IMG/VR virus record: IMGVR_UViG_3300033153_006411
Location: 1 to 64,000 of that record
DNA length: 64,000 nt
Source of the DNA: a virus
Reading direction: 5' to 3' (one strand)
Part shown: one piece after another, positions 29,477 to 38,803 of the stretch
Layout of the letters: every line of letters begins with the position of its first letter
Position numbering within the stretch: the first letter of the stretch is position 1
Notes under the pieces: model-generated
The model's input: only the letters and a program-made list of their open reading frames with translations
Told to the model about the DNA's origin: nothing
Database searches by the model: none
Program-made: the position numbers and the translations under genes

Positions 29477-31102
29477 ATGCTACGTACAAAATCATCAAGT
29501 TGGTTCATTCCATTCTGCTTTGTCGGAGCGTTGATAGGTATAATTCTCACGACCGGTCACTCTCCTGCCGCCCAACTCCGCTACGACACCAGTTCTCAAC
29601 TGAATTACGGCGAACAATTCCAACGGGTACTCGATGCAATACGTGGCAATAGCGTTAATGCCGAGGCAGTAAAATCAGAGGAAGATTTATTCAATATTGC
29701 CGTCGATGCCATTTTGGAAAAAATTGGTGATAAGCACGGAAGATATTTTTCCGCTGAAGAATACCAACGGTTACAAGGCGACCTTCGACCTGCAAATTAT
29801 ACCGGTGTGGGGATTCAAATTGCTCCCGGCGCAGGTGGTGCCATTATTCTCAACATATTTGACAATTCTCCATTGCATAACATGGGCGTTAGAGTAGGTG
29901 ATTTAATCACCGCTGCTGGTTCTCTGGGTGAACCGATGGTTGAATACGATCCAGAAGACCTGATGGTAATCGTAACCGCAATTAAAGGACGGGCAGGGAC
30001 GGATGTTATATTAAACACCAGACGTGGAACTCGGAACCTTCCGCCTATTACTGTTCCACGAATACAGACTAGAAATCAATACGTGTATATGAAACGTTCC
30101 GAGACCGGAGTTCTCACAATACGAGTGACACAGTTTTCCGGTTCAGTCATCGGTGATATCAAATCTATGCTATCAGATCGAGGGTGGTTAGGTAGAAACG
30201 ACGTGCTGGATACGAGTATTATCAAAGGTGTGGTTTTGGATTTGCGGGGTAATCCCGGTGGTATATTGGGTCAAGCGGTATACGTTAGTGATTTGTTTCT
30301 CCCAAAGGACGTATCAGCAGTTCGCGTCATCGAGCGCCCCGAAGTTGAAGGCGGACCGGCTATGGCGTATAATTACCTAACTGCTGACGAAAGAATGTTC
30401 CCTGTTGATATTCCACGAGTAATATTGATAAACGGCGGTTCGGCGTCTGCATCGGAAATCGTTGCCGGAGCAGTACAAACACATGCCGAAGGTCTCATCA
30501 TGGGTATTAAATCCTACGGTAAAGGTTCGGTGCAAACTGTCATTGATTTGCCCGGAGGAACCGGCATTAAAACCACCTCGGCTATCTACTTTGCGGGTGG
30601 CACCATGGAAATCGATGGTATCGGAGTAATGCCTGATGCTGTAGTTCTTCAACCCGACCCTATCGGACTGAGTGCCGACGACAAGAGTTTCAATGGTCAC
30701 CTTATAAAGATTTCAATGGACCCCGAAATGGATCACCAATTGAATGTGGCTCATACTTACATCAATGCATTTATCAGTGGTGAGCATGTATTGGACGTAC
30801 CGGAATCACGACAGGCTGCGGAAAACAAAGCACACGGTGCTGAAACCAAACTCATAAACATTTGCGACCAACGGGGACTTCGGGGTTGTCCACCAGTGGA
30901 TATCACATTATTCGAAAACATTGATCACGGTTCGTTTTTATCAGATACGGATGCTGCGGGTTGGATGTGTTACCCAGACGAAGGAGAAACCGAGTGGGAC
31001 GACATGTCATTTCTGGATGGCTACGGCATAAGTGATTTATTCAGCCTTTCTTTATCGGGCCAAATGTGTCCAAATGACGAAATAACATTTACGTTGGAAT
31101 AA
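29477..31102 (+). CDS. S41 family carboxy-terminal processing protease (CtpA/Prc-like)
   Basis: N-terminal TM/signal, PDZ 'GVGIQI', 'LDLRGNPGG', catalytic 'SASASEI' and 'GKGSVQ'. Confidence 0.92.
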   Translation: MLRTKSSSWFIPFCFVGALIGIILTTGHSPAAQLRYDTSSQLNYGEQFQRVLDAIRGNSVNAEAVKSEEDLFNIAVDAILEKIGDKHGRYFSAEEYQRLQGDLRPANYTGVGIQIAPGAGGAIILNIFDNSPLHNMGVRVGDLITAAGSLGEPMVEYDPEDLMVIVTAIKGRAGTDVILNTRRGTRNLPPITVPRIQTRNQYVYMKRSETGVLTIRVTQFSGSVIGDIKSMLSDRGWLGRNDVLDTSIIKGVVLDLRGNPGGILGQAVYVSDLFLPKDVSAVRVIERPEVEGGPAMAYNYLTADERMFPVDIPRVILINGGSASASEIVAGAVQTHAEGLIMGIKSYGKGSVQTVIDLPGGTGIKTTSAIYFAGGTMEIDGIGVMPDAVVLQPDPIGLSADDKSFNGHLIKISMDPEMDHQLNVAHTYINAFISGEHVLDVPESRQAAENKAHGAETKLINICDQRGLRGCPPVDITLFENIDHGSFLSDTDAAGWMCYPDEGETEWDDMSFLDGYGISDLFSLSLSGQMCPNDEITFTLE

Positions 31103-31836
31103 TGTCGAAGTTCCCAACAATCAAGACAATCGACGACGTACTGCCGTTCGTCAAGCATCACGAAGAGTTCACCGTGACTGAACATCAATGGGGTATATCA
31201 ATTGATTACCAGACACCAGATGTAACCACGTTCAATACCCCACAGGCGAGAGAATGTCGCGGCATAAAATTCCGCTTGGACGGTAGTCTTCTAGCTCGCC
31301 CTTATCACAAGTTCTTCAATATCGGTGGTTCGCGAATGCGCACTGAAGCATTGATTGCGTCAGGGCGCTTCGACAACAAACACACTATCCTCTATATGCC
31401 GCATGGCTCGATGATTCACCCAATCGTTCATAATGACACGGTGTTCTTTTGCACCCGCTCGGGGATCACTGACGTAGCTGAGCAAGCACTCAGGTTTGTC
31501 ACGCCTGTCCACGACTCACAGAACGCCGGACCGTGGTGTACGGATTTCTGCTATGATTTGGCAAAATCAAATCTCACAGCAATTTTTGAATGGTGCCCCC
31601 AAGTTGAACCCGTTCAAAAATATCCAGCAAACAGGCTAGTACTGACCGCTATCCGTACAAATCAAACTGGGGAATACCTCAGCTATGACAGCATGCGAGC
31701 ACTAGCCGGTTCGTACTATATTCCTATGATCGGTTCCTTCGATGGCGACTGGACAGACGTTGCGAAAAATGAAAGTTATGTCATTCGGTGGAATGATGGT
31801 ATGATGGGTAAACTCAGAAATAATCGCGGAAAATGA
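31102..31836 (+). CDS. T4 Rnl1-like RNA ligase homologue, apparently catalytically dead
   Basis: 'ECRGI.F', 'RPYHKFFN', 'FEW' and 'LTAIR' present. Motif I KxDGS reads 'YMPHGSM', and the protein ends just after motif V. Confidence 0.7.
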   Translation: MSKFPTIKTIDDVLPFVKHHEEFTVTEHQWGISIDYQTPDVTTFNTPQARECRGIKFRLDGSLLARPYHKFFNIGGSRMRTEALIASGRFDNKHTILYMPHGSMIHPIVHNDTVFFCTRSGITDVAEQALRFVTPVHDSQNAGPWCTDFCYDLAKSNLTAIFEWCPQVEPVQKYPANRLVLTAIRTNQTGEYLSYDSMRALAGSYYIPMIGSFDGDWTDVAKNESYVIRWNDGMMGKLRNNRGK

Positions 31837-31837
31837 T

Positions 31838-32086
31838 ATGGATTTAAGCAATTACGGAGAAGATATTTTGACTGCTGATGGGTTGGACGATGCCATAATC
31901 GGTGTCGGTACCCGATGTGGTCAACCACCCATTGCAGTGTACGATGTATCGAAGGTGCTTGACATTCTCGTGGATCGCGACGGCATGACATATGAAGAAG
32001 CTGAAGAATACTTCGGTTTCAATATCGAAGGAGCGTGGGTCGGGGGACAAACCCCAATCTGGCTTCGCGTACCAGAGCAAGACTAA
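31838..32086 (+). CDS. Conserved small phage protein
   Basis: 'DGLDDAIIGV...AVYD...GMTYEEAEEY..FNI.GAWVG..TP' is a recurring phage family pattern. Confidence 0.7.
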   Translation: MDLSNYGEDILTADGLDDAIIGVGTRCGQPPIAVYDVSKVLDILVDRDGMTYEEAEEYFGFNIEGAWVGGQTPIWLRVPEQD

Positions 32087-32103
32087 CTCACTAGGAGAAA
32101 GAA

Positions 32104-32295
32104 ATGAACTACGACGACCACGAAGATTTTAACAAGCATAGATTACCACATGAAGCAACGAAAGAATTCGCGAATGCTCGTGCCGCAGTGTACGACAACG
32201 CCAATGCAGTTTTTGCTGGCGGCACCCGAGATGGTATTGCTGCCCTCGTATTGGGTGGTACACTTTATCTAATAGCTAGTGCCTTACTTCTGTAA
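32104..32295 (+). CDS. Small membrane protein
   Basis: AGGAG RBS; C-terminal hydrophobic helix. Confidence 0.55.
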   Translation: MNYDDHEDFNKHRLPHEATKEFANARAAVYDNANAVFAGGTRDGIAALVLGGTLYLIASALLL

Positions 32296-32663
32296 TGAAT
32301 ACTGATATATTGATGACATCCATATGCATCGTTTTGGCTATGGTGGCGATATATGTGATCCTCATCAGGAAGCATGCATCCAAAGATGAACGTGCCCGCG
32401 TCGAACGAACGTTGTATGCATCAGCCGGTGAAATTGTTACGTGCCTGAACGGACATGAGATATGTGAGTTGGCTAAGGATATTTTTGTAGCTGACTTAAT
32501 CAGTGTTAGTCAGTTCAAAAACTGGCGTCACCAACCACAGCCACAGCCGCATGATCCAATAACACCGTGTATGGTATGTAGAGCGCCCTATGTTAACTCA
32601 ACTACAGCGTATGGTGGAACACAGTTGCACATCGATGGCGAGTGGAGAACCACCCGCTCTTAA
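32295..32663 (+). CDS. Membrane-anchored protein with Zn-binding motifs
   Basis: N-terminal TM; CxxxH and CxxC motifs. Confidence 0.55.
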   Translation: MNTDILMTSICIVLAMVAIYVILIRKHASKDERARVERTLYASAGEIVTCLNGHEICELAKDIFVADLISVSQFKNWRHQPQPQPHDPITPCMVCRAPYVNSTTAYGGTQLHIDGEWRTTRS

Positions 32664-33532
32664 AGTCCTGCGTTGTAATGTGCAAGGATTCGGGCATCGG
32701 GTAGCATGTAGTTGTAGATAGCTATGTTATCGTACTGGCCATCCGTCCGCGAAAAACTATCAAACGATGTATAACCAACTCTGAAAAATGTTTGGTTACC
32801 ACCCCCATTATAACCAGTGGCGTAACCCACAGTATCATATTCTACCCCATCGATCCAGAATGTAATCGTTTTCGCTAATCCGTTCCGTGTGGTAACAATA
32901 TGATGAACGGTGTTGAGTGATAACTGCGCCGTCGCCGATGTCGTGACTATTGGCGAGCGAACATTGATTTCGTGATAGGCTCCGAGATGACCGGTGGAAT
33001 TCACCGTTAAACTCCATAAGGCATTGTATTGAGCCTGTGGTAGGTTCGTCTGTGTACCACAGTGCACTATATGGTTCCGATCATTCAATGCACCACTTCC
33101 GCCACTAAAAGTATCCAACTTAACCCAACATTCAATGCTCATGTAGCTTATTAACTGCAAGAGATTTTGACCAGTCTGAATCAGGTGCCCTCCATTGTAG
33201 GTGGTGGGTGGGACGATATCTGCATTTGCTCCGGGAAAATCATATACTCCTCCCCCATCATTGACCAATCCGGGGAGGCCGTTAGGACCAGCACCGGGAA
33301 GAAGAGGTGGTGAAGGATTACCAGAAGTGAGCCGTGCATCAAATCCTGTACTCCGCTCGTGACCGGTCACTTGAGCTATGAATGCATTAGGTCCAGAATC
33401 AGTCGTAAATGTACCGCCAATGCCCCACGCATCGTTCAATTCGTAAAAGACGACAGGATTATCAGCAAGCACCTCGTCAGAAGCCGAGATCGTAGGCTGA
33501 TTGACCATATGCGCTGTGATGCCCGCGTGCAT
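32660..33532 (-). CDS. LamG/concanavalin A-like virion protein
   Basis: 'SIECWVK', 'HHIVTT', 'FWIDG' and 'GQYDNIAIYN..L....ILAHY'. ATG overlaps the stop of the upstream fibre gene. Confidence 0.8.
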   Translation of the reverse strand: MHAGITAHMVNQPTISASDEVLADNPVVFYELNDAWGIGGTFTTDSGPNAFIAQVTGHERSTGFDARLTSGNPSPPLLPGAGPNGLPGLVNDGGGVYDFPGANADIVPPTTYNGGHLIQTGQNLLQLISYMSIECWVKLDTFSGGSGALNDRNHIVHCGTQTNLPQAQYNALWSLTVNSTGHLGAYHEINVRSPIVTTSATAQLSLNTVHHIVTTRNGLAKTITFWIDGVEYDTVGYATGYNGGGNQTFFRVGYTSFDSFSRTDGQYDNIAIYNYMLPDARILAHYNAGL

Positions 33533-35436
33533 TATACAGGCACCAAGTTGCCGAACAATGTCCAAGTAGTGGTGGTCACTTTAAGAGCCGTTGCTACTGC
33601 ATATTGCCCGTTCAATACTAGAGTTAAGTTTGCATTAACATTTAGCGTATCGGTGTCTATTGCTACCGTTGTTGCTCCCGCTCCCAGTTGTTGAAAATGG
33701 ATTTCTGTTCCTATAGGATATGCAACAGAAGCATTGGATGGAAGTGTCACTGTGTTTGCACCTGCATTGTCCATTGTAACCATTTTACCAGAGTGTCCCA
33801 ATGTAAACGCACCGGGTCCATATGACACTCCTGTTTGTATTTCGAATTCAAGTTTTGCGTCTATACCACCATTCACAACTAGCGTAGACCCATCCCATGT
33901 GAAGTTCGGGTCACCTTCGAGTGTTCCGTCACCGGTCCATACACCGATCTGATTATTAACAGGGGTGCCTACCTTTATTACATCACCAGCACCCGCTACA
34001 GTCTGCCATGTTGCAGTGGTTGCACTAGTGGCTACTAGAGTCTGTCCAATTGTTGGGGGTATTGCGGCGTCTACATTTACGTCTGCACCAGTAGTGGCTA
34101 GGTCGGAAGCTGCACCGACATCCTGCCATGTTGCAGTGGTTGCACTAGTGGCTATTAGAAACTGTCCGATTGTTGGGGGTGCGGCGAGGTCTATGTTTAC
34201 GTCTGCACCACTCGTGGCTAGGTCGGAAGCCGCAGCGCCACTAGCTGTGAGATCGATACCATTCCAAGTAATAGTACCGCCATCGTTATATAATTTGTCT
34301 GTTGTAACAGTTGGGGCTGTTTGGGAAGGAATAACAATAGCACCGGAAGAACCACCACCAGCACCAGCGCCCGGGGTTAGTGTCACGTTACCACCAGCCG
34401 CTATTCCGAGTGCATCACCAGCAGTCACGTTAACGTCACCACCGACACCACTCAATTGCGGTAGACCGCCGAGGATGTTAACGTCACCACCACCACCAGT
34501 ACCAGTACCACCAGCACCACCGATAACAGACGCAGCACCACCAGCACCGTTGGAAGTATCACCTTCACCACCGGTTATGGAGATCGCACCACCAGTATTT
34601 GCGGCACCAACGCCAGCACCGGCAGTCAATGAAATTGGGGCACCGTCGGCGGCAACAGAAGCACCGGGGTTGATTATTACTTCACCACCAATACCTGTTG
34701 TGGAGTCACCACCAGTAATCGCAACTGCACCACCAGCGGCGGCAGTACCAACACCACCTGTAATGGATACGCTACCACCAACATTACCAGTACCAGAATC
34801 ACCAGCACCGATGGACACAAGTCCACCCAGTCCGATTGCAGCATCACCAGCAGCAAGAACAACACTACCACCAATACCAGCAGCAGCACCACCAGCACCA
34901 GCAGTCAAGCCGATATCACCGCCGTTACCATTGGTACCACCATCACCGGTTACGAAGTTCATAGTACCACCAGCGGCGGCTATGTTGCCGTCACCAGTTG
35001 TGACCGTGAACCCGACACCAGTATTACCGGCATTGCCAGTAGGGGTTTCGATATCGAATCCCGCAGTGGACCAATTGAGAACAGAAGCGGGCACAACATA
35101 GGTGCCAGAGTTATCACCCATGGTGAATGCGATAATGTTATCATCGACACCCGTGAAGTTTTCGACATAAATTTGGGTGTTGAGATCGGCGTCTTCTAGT
35201 TTGGACAGTACGACACCACTAACACCAGCTAGGATAGCCCAACCACCACTGTATATTTCGAAGTCACCAAAGTCAGTGTTGTACCGCATCATGCCATTGG
35301 TTGGTGAGGCAGGGCGTTGAGCCGTGCCACCAACTGGGATGGTCATCGAGGTAGTCCCGGGCAATTCAACGAGAGTTTCACCCGAGGCTGCAATAGTAGG
35401 CCAGAGTGTATCTCTCCAGTGGTTTTCTTGTGTCAT
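33532..35436 (-). CDS. Glycine-rich tail fibre/spike-like protein
   Basis: 'G.TAQRP..P.NGMMRYN' N-terminus, GG-x-V-x-I-x-GG repeats, and C-terminal 'VAYPIGTEI...GAG...V...W.L.G.L' fibre tip. Confidence 0.8.
   Translation of the reverse strand: MTQENHWRDTLWPTIAASGETLVELPGTTSMTIPVGGTAQRPASPTNGMMRYNTDFGDFEIYSGGWAILAGVSGVVLSKLEDADLNTQIYVENFTGVDDNIIAFTMGDNSGTYVVPASVLNWSTAGFDIETPTGNAGNTGVGFTVTTGDGNIAAAGGTMNFVTGDGGTNGNGGDIGLTAGAGGAAAGIGGSVVLAAGDAAIGLGGLVSIGAGDSGTGNVGGSVSITGGVGTAAAGGAVAITGGDSTTGIGGEVIINPGASVAADGAPISLTAGAGVGAANTGGAISITGGEGDTSNGAGGAASVIGGAGGTGTGGGGDVNILGGLPQLSGVGGDVNVTAGDALGIAAGGNVTLTPGAGAGGGSSGAIVIPSQTAPTVTTDKLYNDGGTITWNGIDLTASGAAASDLATSGADVNIDLAAPPTIGQFLIATSATTATWQDVGAASDLATTGADVNVDAAIPPTIGQTLVATSATTATWQTVAGAGDVIKVGTPVNNQIGVWTGDGTLEGDPNFTWDGSTLVVNGGIDAKLEFEIQTGVSYGPGAFTLGHSGKMVTMDNAGANTVTLPSNASVAYPIGTEIHFQQLGAGATTVAIDTDTLNVNANLTLVLNGQYAVATALKVTTTTWTLFGNLVPV
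34003..34235 (-). repeat. 120-bp (40-aa) imperfect tandem duplication in the fibre gene
   Basis: CTGCCATGTTGCAGTGGTTGCACTAGTGGCTA... recurs at 34003 and 34123; 'AASDLAT.GADVN.D.A.PPTIGQ.L.ATSATTATWQ' x2. Confidence 0.9.
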
Positions 35437-35490
35437 GATTCATTCCTGTCAATGCTGTAGTATTTACTCATACTTAACACGTTAGCAAGA

Positions 35491-37530
35491 TTAGGCATTT
35501 GCCAGAATACCAAAACAAACACGAGCCAATGTAGAACCCGTATCAGGGGTGGTGTATGTCATTATGAGTTCATCACCTGCGCTAAGGACTAGTGGACCGA
35601 GAGCCGCCACGACACCAGTAAGTGATCCGATGGCGAATGTTATCGTTCCTATTGACGTACCGGGAGCAGTACCACCGGGTGATGCAACATGGAGATCGAA
35701 TGTCGCCGGAGAAACCGAGGCCGTTGTCAGGGCATCACAATAAGCAAAATGTCCACCGGTTCCCAAAGTAATAGTTCGTGGAATCGCCCAACGATGCACG
35801 TTTAGACCGGGAGTGGCAGCTACGAGCGAACTTCCCAAATATGCATTCAGATCATATGGGTGTAGTGCGGCAGCAATTTCGGTATCAACATAATTCATGG
35901 TGGCAGCGTCTTGCGCTATTACGGGATCAAGTACGTTACCGATTGCAAAGGCACCAGCGTTGATAGCACCAGTCATGGTACCACCAGCCAGTGCTAGGAA
36001 TGGACCAATAGCAGCAATTCCATCATCAACGTATTTCTTGTTCGGCATATCATTATTAGCCAGAACCAGAGCTTCGTAAGATGCCGTTGATGTGGACAAT
36101 GTACCATCGTCCTCAACCGTGAATCGTGTTGCACCACCAGTAGCCATGTTGATAGCACCATGAGGGCTACCTGTACCAGCCGTCAGAGTGATATCGCCAG
36201 CAGGAACACCAGTAGCATTGGCAGTAGATATATTGAAGGCACCAGAGCCACCAGCACCAGAACCAGTGATCGCACTGATATCACCACCAAATTCTCCACC
36301 GCCACCACCGCCGTCACCTGCGATAATAGCCAAATCACCACCATCACCAGACCCACTACCAGCACCGGATGTAATGGTTAAGGCACCACCAACATCACCA
36401 TTACCACCAGCACCAGCATTCAAAAGCAATGCACCACCTACGCCGGATGTTGTGCCACCGGCACCAGCGGTTACATCGATAGCACCACCAGCGGCTATGC
36501 CAAGTGAATCACCAGCAGTAATGTTAACATCACCACCAACACCACTCAGTTGCGGCACGCCACCGAGGATGTTAACATCACCACCATCACCAGTACCAGT
36601 ACCACCAGCACCACCACTAATAGAGACAGTACCACCAGTACCAGCCGAAGCATCACCTTCACCACCGGTTACGGAAATTGCACCACCAGAGTTTGCCGCA
36701 CCAACACCAGCACCCGCGACTAAGCTAATAGGAGCACCATCCGCAGCAACCGATGCCCCGGTAATAATATTGATCTCGCCGCCAATCCCTGATGTGGAAG
36801 CACCACCAATTAAGTTTATAGCCCCACCAGTATTTGTGGCACCAAGACCAGCCGTAATCGTTACATCACTACCGGGGTTGCCACCGCCAGAATCACCAGC
36901 CGAGATAAAAACAGGTCCACCAATACCAGCGGTACCATTACCAGCAGCAAACAGTAGACTACCACCGTTACCGAAGGAAGCACCACCTGCACCAGCGATT
37001 ATATTAATAGGACCACCAGTAGTGTTAGTTCCGCCACCACCAGTTGTGATATTGATAGCACCACCAGCGAAGGCTGCATCACCTGCACCAGTTGTTACCG
37101 TGAATCCGACACCAGCGTTCGAGGAAGCACCGGAGGGGGTTGTGATTCCGAATCCACTCGTTGACCAGTTAAGTACCGAAGCAGGCATGGTATAGGTGCC
37201 AGAATTATCACCCATTGTGAATGCGATAATGTTATCATCGACACCCGTGAAATTTTCAACGTAGATTTCGGTGTTGAGGTCGCCGTCTTCTAGTTTGGAC
37301 AGGGTAACACCAGCAAGAGTAGCCAAGATAGCCCATACACCATTATACGCTTCAAAGTCGCCGAGGTCGGTGTTGAACCGCATCATGCCGTTGGCTGGTG
37401 AAGCAGGGCGTTCAGACGTGTCGCCGACTGGGATAAGTGTAGCAGTGGTTCCGGGCAAATCTACGAGGGTTTCACCCGACGCGTAAATGGTAGGCCAGAG
37501 TGTATCTTTCCAATGGTCTTGTTGTGTCAT
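35491..37530 (-). CDS. Glycine-rich tail fibre-like protein (paralog of 33532, different C-terminus)
   Basis: Near-identical N-terminal ~330 aa, then 'NKKYVD' and 'DAATMNYVD' fibre motifs and a distinct tip. Confidence 0.8.
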   Translation of the reverse strand: MTQQDHWKDTLWPTIYASGETLVDLPGTTATLIPVGDTSERPASPANGMMRFNTDLGDFEAYNGVWAILATLAGVTLSKLEDGDLNTEIYVENFTGVDDNIIAFTMGDNSGTYTMPASVLNWSTSGFGITTPSGASSNAGVGFTVTTGAGDAAFAGGAINITTGGGGTNTTGGPINIIAGAGGASFGNGGSLLFAAGNGTAGIGGPVFISAGDSGGGNPGSDVTITAGLGATNTGGAINLIGGASTSGIGGEINIITGASVAADGAPISLVAGAGVGAANSGGAISVTGGEGDASAGTGGTVSISGGAGGTGTGDGGDVNILGGVPQLSGVGGDVNITAGDSLGIAAGGAIDVTAGAGGTTSGVGGALLLNAGAGGNGDVGGALTITSGAGSGSGDGGDLAIIAGDGGGGGGEFGGDISAITGSGAGGSGAFNISTANATGVPAGDITLTAGTGSPHGAINMATGGATRFTVEDDGTLSTSTASYEALVLANNDMPNKKYVDDGIAAIGPFLALAGGTMTGAINAGAFAIGNVLDPVIAQDAATMNYVDTEIAAALHPYDLNAYLGSSLVAATPGLNVHRWAIPRTITLGTGGHFAYCDALTTASVSPATFDLHVASPGGTAPGTSIGTITFAIGSLTGVVAALGPLVLSAGDELIMTYTTPDTGSTLARVCFGILANA

Positions 37531-37569
37531 GGTCCGTTCCTGTCAATGTACTACTTATTTACGCGATAC

Positions 37570-37598
37570 TTGACACCAAACGGGATTGGGTATATAAA
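37570..37598 (+). promoter_or_regulatory. Sigma70 promoter of tmRNA
   Basis: TTGACA-N17-TATAAA immediately upstream of the acceptor piece. Confidence 0.75.
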
Positions 37599-37604
37599 TA
37601 AGAT

Positions 37605-37880
37605 TACAGTTGCTTGAGCGAACCTTGGACGCTCTGCGGACGCGGGTTCGAATCCCGCCACCTCCACCACTATGGGGGTGCACCGGTTTCGACGTGGTGA
37701 TGAAAGACAAGTAGTGAGACTGTCGGGTAAGATATCCCCGAAAAGATTCAATTAAACTATCAGCAAACGATAGCTTCTATGATGGAGAGTACGCTCTCGC
37801 TGCGTAAGCAGGAGGCAGATTCTCAAGCGGTCTAAACAACCGACACATCCGAGGTGTAATGAGCCTTGTTACCAAAGTAC
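37605..37880 (+). ncRNA. ssrA: Circularly permuted (two-piece) tmRNA; tag ANDSFYDGEYALAA
   Basis: T-arm GCGGGTTCGAATCCCGC + CACCTCC-A-CCA (ends 37669) precedes the 5' piece GGGGGTG...GGTTTCGAC (starts 37674). G3.U alanine wobble present. Tag ORF at 37763-37807. GCTTGAG (37612) can pair with CTCAAGC (37822). Outer boundaries approximate. Confidence 0.92.
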
Positions 37881-37881
37881 T

Positions 37882-37936
37882 AGAGAAGGGCAGTTGGCGT
37901 TGACCGTGAATACGGACCACTGCCCTTCTCGTTTTC
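37882..37936 (+). terminator. Intrinsic terminator-like hairpin after tmRNA
   Basis: GAGAAGGGCAGT...ACTGCCCTTCTC followed by GTTTT. Confidence 0.7.
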
Positions 37937-37998
37937 TACCCCTCCGAAACTCCTAAAATGATAAGTACTAATGTGAAAAAATTTACACAGGAGATTCA

Positions 37999-38307
37999 GT
38001 GATGGCTCAAGTCAGTTATGCCACACGTAGGAAGATTCGTATCATCGAAAAGGAACTGGGAGCCGACTGGGAAACTCAGCATGCCGGTAAATCGATTGAC
38101 GCGATCTACAACATCGTTATGGGTGACTTCCGCAAAAATCTATTTTGCAAAGTAGACCCAGAGACCAAAACAAAATTAGATGAAATGGTCGAATATAATG
38201 ACATGCAAATGTCATCTTTAGTTGAAAAACTCGTCCGTGAGGAGTATGATAGGTATACACATGATCGAGATGCACGTGCCGACCATCTAGCATCTCAATT
38301 TGCCTAA
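37999..38307 (+). CDS. Small protein, possible ribbon-helix-helix DNA-binding C-terminus
   Basis: AGGAG RBS; 'LFCKVDPETKTKLDEM......MSSLVEKLV' RHH-like pattern. Confidence 0.5.
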   Translation: MMAQVSYATRRKIRIIEKELGADWETQHAGKSIDAIYNIVMGDFRKNLFCKVDPETKTKLDEMVEYNDMQMSSLVEKLVREEYDRYTHDRDARADHLASQFA

Positions 38308-38331
38308 TTAATCCGATTCGGAGTTTGGCCT

Positions 38332-38571
38332 ATGAAAGAAACAGCCCCCTGCCCATGGTGTGATGATGGAGGAAGGCCGTTTCTTTACCTTTCTCGTAAG
38401 CCGTTCATGTCATACGCTATGCAATGTAATGTTTGCTTTTCTCGCGGTCCTCATGTTATTATCAAAGAACGCGACCCCCGTCTGAAAATGAAGGACAGGG
38501 AGAAACTTGTCAAACAAGCTCAAGACGAGGCTACCGAGAAATGGAACGAGTTATATGAGAAATCCGGCTAG
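38332..38571 (+). CDS. Lar-like Zn-finger protein
   Basis: 'PCPWC...CNVC..RGP...A.EKWN' pattern. Confidence 0.6.
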   Translation: MKETAPCPWCDDGGRPFLYLSRKPFMSYAMQCNVCFSRGPHVIIKERDPRLKMKDREKLVKQAQDEATEKWNELYEKSG

Positions 38572-38788
38572 AATGCACACCATCATGGGACTGTTGGCTC
38601 AGCTATGGGGAAAGAATCCCGACATGAGATTAGTTCAACTCTGCTACTACGTAGAAGCCGAAAGTGCCAAGCGTTGCGGAGCCGAACCCCGCTCTGATAT
38701 TTTCTACCTTGACGATGATGACTTTCTGGAGCAACTTCAGATTATCCTTGAGAAAGAAATCAAACCAGTTGACCCGTTCTTCATTTAA
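38555..38788 (+). CDS. Conserved small phage protein
   Basis: 'MRNPARM...L..LW...PDMRL.QL...DIFY..DD' family pattern. Confidence 0.65.
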   Translation: MRNPARMHTIMGLLAQLWGKNPDMRLVQLCYYVEAESAKRCGAEPRSDIFYLDDDDFLEQLQIILEKEIKPVDPFFI

Positions 38789-38803
38789 GTCTATATTCCG
38801 GCA

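Noticed and set aside
33965-37195. Long Pro-rich plus-strand ORFs (33965-35101, 36188-37195)
   Set aside because: They are antisense shadows of the Gly-rich (GGT) fibre genes.
32660-37530. Diversity-generating retroelement acting on the fibre genes
   Set aside because: No reverse transcriptase is in the window, and the repeat differences are not adenine-specific and lie in N-terminal or internal regions.
37551-37751. 66-aa minus-strand ORF, or a standalone tRNA at 37636-37669
   Set aside because: The ORF is antisense to the tmRNA. The T-arm and CCA belong to the permuted tmRNA acceptor piece, and there is no anticodon arm.
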